Part shown: positions 60,501 through 64,000 of the stretch, in pieces
Position numbering within the stretch: position 1 is the stretch's first letter
Layout: each line of letters begins with the position of its first letter
Origin: Haliotis cracherodii
Taxonomy: Eukaryota
Assembly: GCF_022045235.1 (NCBI RefSeq)
Contig: NW_027266308.1
Coordinates: forward strand, 45,818,001 to 45,882,000
DNA length: 64,000 bases
Direction: 5' to 3'
Notes under the pieces: generated by a model
Told to the model about the DNA's origin: nothing
Seen by the model: only the letters and a program-made list of their open reading frames with translations
Database searches by the model: none
Position numbers and translations under genes: made by a program

Positions 60501-62864
60501 GCGATATCTGTGCTTGTAGACCTCTGCAGCTTGAAACCTTCTCCACAAATTAAAATAGTTGGATTTTGCCGAAATATGTTTGAATTGTTACCTTGTTTCG
60601 TTTTGTCGCTGTGTGTACATCTGACTACACTTCTTAACGTTATGACAGGACAGACCGACTGTCAACAACGTCTGACCGTGGCCGTGACGTCTCATAGATT
60701 AGGGTTAGAGTAGCTTCCCTTCGACAAAGGGCAGTTACTCTGGCGGACAGACCGATGGATTGCCACGAAAGGCAATGAAAAACAACTGTTGCTTAGCGTA
60801 TATGTTGCTTCGCCACTGTATGAGAAACAGATTTCAGTTGGAACTATATTGGCTGCTGTCACTGTCCGACTGACACATCACTTACCCTGTGACGTAATAA
60901 ATATTAATGCACGCATTCCAGGAAAACTCGCAATGTTTCAGTAATGTTTGAGAGAGAGGGAAAGCGATTTTAAAGCACAGAATTAGTGAGTGAGTTGGGT
61001 TTAACGCCGCTTTTAACAGTATTACAGTTATATCGCGGCGTGTCAGCTTAATGTGGGAGGAAAGCCCGAAGTGATGAAAGCACAGAATTAAAGAATGACA
61101 TTATATGATAAAGAGGTTATCACGCTTGTGTGTTTGGGAATCGTAAATATCCTGTATGAGGAATAAACACTATGTATTTAGCTCGCCAAGGCTCTCTAAA
61201 TACAATGTTTATTCCTAATGCAGGATATTTACCATCCCCAAACACACTCGCGTGATAACCTCTATATATTCCTGATTATGACAGTCATAGGACCTGAAGA
61301 CATTTTGTTTATGCCAGGTGAAGGATAATTTTTATTGCACTTACTAACACACAGTTACCCAAATAAAGCCATGTGTAAGGTATAACTACTTTGTGGGGTT
61401 GGCCTCTCTTGTATGCATATCACATAGGTAGTGTGTTGGGTATCATGCAGGTAGTTGAGCTGAGGGCTCGGCCTATATCCGGTGTCGGCCTTACCCCGGT
61501 AATATACAGTAATCCCTTTTAGGAACTCTTTAAGATGAGAATTTGATACAAGAGATGAGAACGGATGGGGGGTGACTGGTATAAAAACTATAAGCACTAG
61601 GGTGTCTAAGAGTGTCTGTACACAGACCTGCCCCTTGGTCTTTGTGATGATGCGGAGGAAGCTTGCCACCTTGCCGTACTGGCCCTCCAGGTCCAGCAGC
61701 TGGGTGAGGGTGGCCAGGCTGGACTCGGTCAGGCTCACATCACTCAGGCTCTCCAGGGCTGTCTGACGATCCAGCTTGTTGAACTGAACAGCATAACAGC
61801 AAAAGGTGAAATGAGAAAGATGAAGTTAATTACTTTGGTGAAACCTACATGTATGGTACTGACAAACCAAGATCACAATAATGAAGAATGAGGGATTTGA
61901 ACCCACTGTCACCAGATCCTGTTGAAACTAAGGGACACAACTCACAGCAAATTACTTAACCAACAGTCCACACACTATAAATTCAGCCATGATGTCAAGG
62001 CTCCATAGCCAATTTTATATTTTTCACTGGCTAGTCAAAAGATTAAGAATGTGAGTGTCAAAACAATTGATAGATGATCAAACTTAACCGTGGAAAATTT
62101 GCTTGTCATTAAAACAATTGTGTTGATGTAAGATGTGTTATTGACATTAAGATGTTTAATATTTTCATAGTTGAGTATTTGTGGAATCCTGGATGTGACA
62201 AATGAGTCATTCATTGTGTACCTGCACTTCAGCCAGCACAGACAGGACAGCCTTGTGCTTCTCATCCGGGATCCCACAGTGGAGTAGCACCGCCCGCAGC
62301 AGGCAGTGGTGGTTCATCCGGATGTAGCAGTTCTGGGCCTGTGCAGAGCAAACACACGGCAACATGGAGCATGAAAGGCCTTCTTACAATCGTTCAGGTA
62401 ATGTGGACAATGTTTTATGTGAATATAGCAGTATTAACTACTTCCATAGATTGCTTGGCTTCCAGCGTGAATTTTGTATGATGTTTATCTTGAGATAAGG
62501 GTAGTCATATTCTGTCACTTAAGAATTAACAAAAAAAAGAGATACTTGACAATTTCACATTTGTACCCTGAATGTGTCTGAAGAGACAATCATCACAACA
62601 TATAGGCCTTGAATGTTTTTGTATAAATAATTTTAACATGCATATTTATTATGCGCCAAATTCACACCCTAAGGCAAAGCACTACATCATTACCCCAGTC
62701 AGTGGATCAGTGTGCACTTCATTTTCATTCTCAGCTCCCTGGGGAGTATACAACACAAGCATGGTGTACAGTTAGCATGGTACCTGTGAGTACTTACATG
62801 GAGTGAAGGGAACTCCTTGATGCAGTGCTGGACTATCACCAACACTTCAGCATCAGGGATCAAG
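48503..62864 (-). CDS. EIF2AK4: eIF2-alpha kinase GCN2, 3' part (HisRS-like and C-terminal domains); the 5' part lies beyond the window
   Basis: Frame-consistent GT-AG exons: 62864-62798, 62338-62222 (NHHCLLRAVLLHCGIP), 61783-61628, 58882-58802, 58044-57910 (YSGIIFQ...VLAAGGRYDKM), 56684-56577 (GVGVSIAFEKI), 56329-56201, 55803-55717, 55006-54912, 53940-53760, 51544-51434, 50624-50572, 49975-49907 and 48560-48503 (CQFIILYGLKDDTVKLVS*). Motifs match the GCN2 C-terminus as I recall it. Confidence 0.93.
49452..49808. mobile_element. Tc1/mariner/pogo-type MITE
   Basis: TA-flanked inverted termini tactgtattcgacgtaataagtgccc / gggcgcttattaagtcgaatacggta. Confidence 0.75.
52057..52320 (+). mobile_element. 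tRNA-derived SINE (same family), full length; other copies or fragments at ~40652-40880, ~50771-50930, ~51753-51960 and 60986-61076
   Basis: High similarity to 37786-38057. TSD actcatag. The 60986 fragment is flanked by the TSD aaagcacagaatta. Confidence 0.85.
52630..53712. repeat. 18-bp minisatellite (~60 units, two main variants) in an EIF2AK4 intron
   Basis: Interleaved acactccacagctactaa and acactcccaagcttctta units. Confidence 0.97.
59341..59893. mobile_element. MITE with 50-70 bp terminal inverted repeats in an EIF2AK4 intron
   Basis: 59364-59412 (agttaactgact...ccagtttccacccttgccgaactaggctg) is the near-perfect reverse complement of 59822-59870. Confidence 0.8.
61112..61263. repeat. 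~150-bp fold-back palindrome (probably transposon-derived)
   Basis: agaggttatcacgc...gtatttag / ctaaatac...gcgtgataacctct arms around a short loop (ctcgccaaggctct). Confidence 0.85.
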
Positions 62865-63007
62865 CTGAAGTCACAAAGACAGTCACAGATCAAGAGAGAG
62901 AACTAATAGGGTTCAGACAATAGTAATTAAGGCTGCATCAAAAATGCTTTTTGAGGCACATTTTTCTTAAATGTTAAAGATGAAGGTAGGACTTATTTAA
63001 ATATTTT

Positions 63008-63403
63008 TTACTGGAAACAAAAGTGATGTGAAAGGAACATGTTTTCATTATCATCGTTATGAGTAAACCTATCAAGGATCCCTCCATTACATCTTCCCGA
63101 GACAAGAGCATCCACTAGTCTTGTTTCCACCCTTTCCACATCAAGCCCACTTTCCTGTGGTAAATATGATTGGACTATCACACATATTGATAGTCCAATC
63201 AGAGAATGTTTCACAAAATCAACATCCACGACTGGTACACCTTCGTATGAAAGTGATTTACCGCTGCCTGTCTTTGTTGACACGAATATGTCTTTTTCAT
63301 CTCTTAAACACCCCAATGATTGCCTATGTTTTTGTGTCATGGATGAAGATGCGAATGTTTTTGTTATCTGATCGACTAGGTTGTCGCCTACTGTAGTCGC
63401 CAT
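63008..63403 (-). pseudogene. Truncated RecQ/SF2-helicase-like fragment in an EIF2AK4 intron, probably transposon-borne
   Basis: Q..SL.CL..EKDIFVSTKTGSGKSLSY resembles the Q-motif/motif I region of RecQ-like helicases. Later helicase motifs are absent. Confidence 0.55.
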
Positions 63404-64000
63404 TTTTGTGAAGCAATACGAGATTAGAACAGCGGATTGGATATTGCATTTTCAATACAAGGGGCACAACTCCTACTTGAGGGGGTGCCAGGGTCAAGCC
63501 AAGAAAAGTGGCCTTGATTTGGCAAGGGTTTGAACTTGGCTTTGGTATAGGCTAGTGGACATGTGTGTCTCGGGAAGATGCCTCCCTTATGATAGAGCCA
63601 AATGTCAGAACACACGAGACAGGACACACCTTCCTGGAGTTGGAGTGATGATGTCAAATGCACACTCTGTCATTTCACGTGGATGCAGTCCAAAGAATTT
63701 CTTCTCTCTGAAAACCCGCTCCAAGCTGAATCTCTTCAGGTTCAGGATGTTGTTCCGTGCTATGTATCTTGCAAACGGAACCTGCAAAGTATTTGTTTTA
63801 GTTTTGTCAAGTGCTTGATAAGCTCTTGTAGCAGACTTTCTGACATTTTCCATGCATGTGTTCTATTCTATAGACATCATCAGTTTCAAAAACAGGTAGA
63901 AACTTAGAGAATCTACCAGCCTAACACATGTTGACATGTGCCAAAATACCCACACAATTTGAATGGCTCCAAATTGTAGTTCCAGTGAGTATTGCACTGG

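Overview
AT-rich, intron-containing animal DNA. The SINE families resemble those I recall from gastropods such as abalone (Haliotis), but the taxon is an inference. Left 27.5 kb: a ~13-14 kb tandem segmental duplication carrying two minus-strand paralogous genes that the ORF track does not assemble. Each has a TATA box, a short non-coding exon 1, a signal-peptide exon (MIVQVLLSVLLVS[I/V]TLTEG...) and a series of 54-84 nt symmetric phase-1 micro-exons encoding Ser/Glu-rich modules (ESSSESSESTEE...). The modules were multiplied by a 384-bp exon-plus-intron array (10 exons, gene A) and a 1926-bp array (gene B). The predicted products are secreted, very acidic ~280-300 aa proteins dense in Fam20C-type S-x-E sites, with an architecture reminiscent of vertebrate SCPP/casein genes. 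Middle (27.5-36 kb): transposon debris (Penelope-like RT, LINE end, Tc1, MITEs, SINEs). Right: a complete 7-exon PSMA6 (+) and, convergent to it, the last 14 coding exons of EIF2AK4/GCN2 (-). PSMA6 intron 1 holds a composite SINE containing two copies of the gene's own 3' flank. All coordinates and translations were read by hand and no searches were run.
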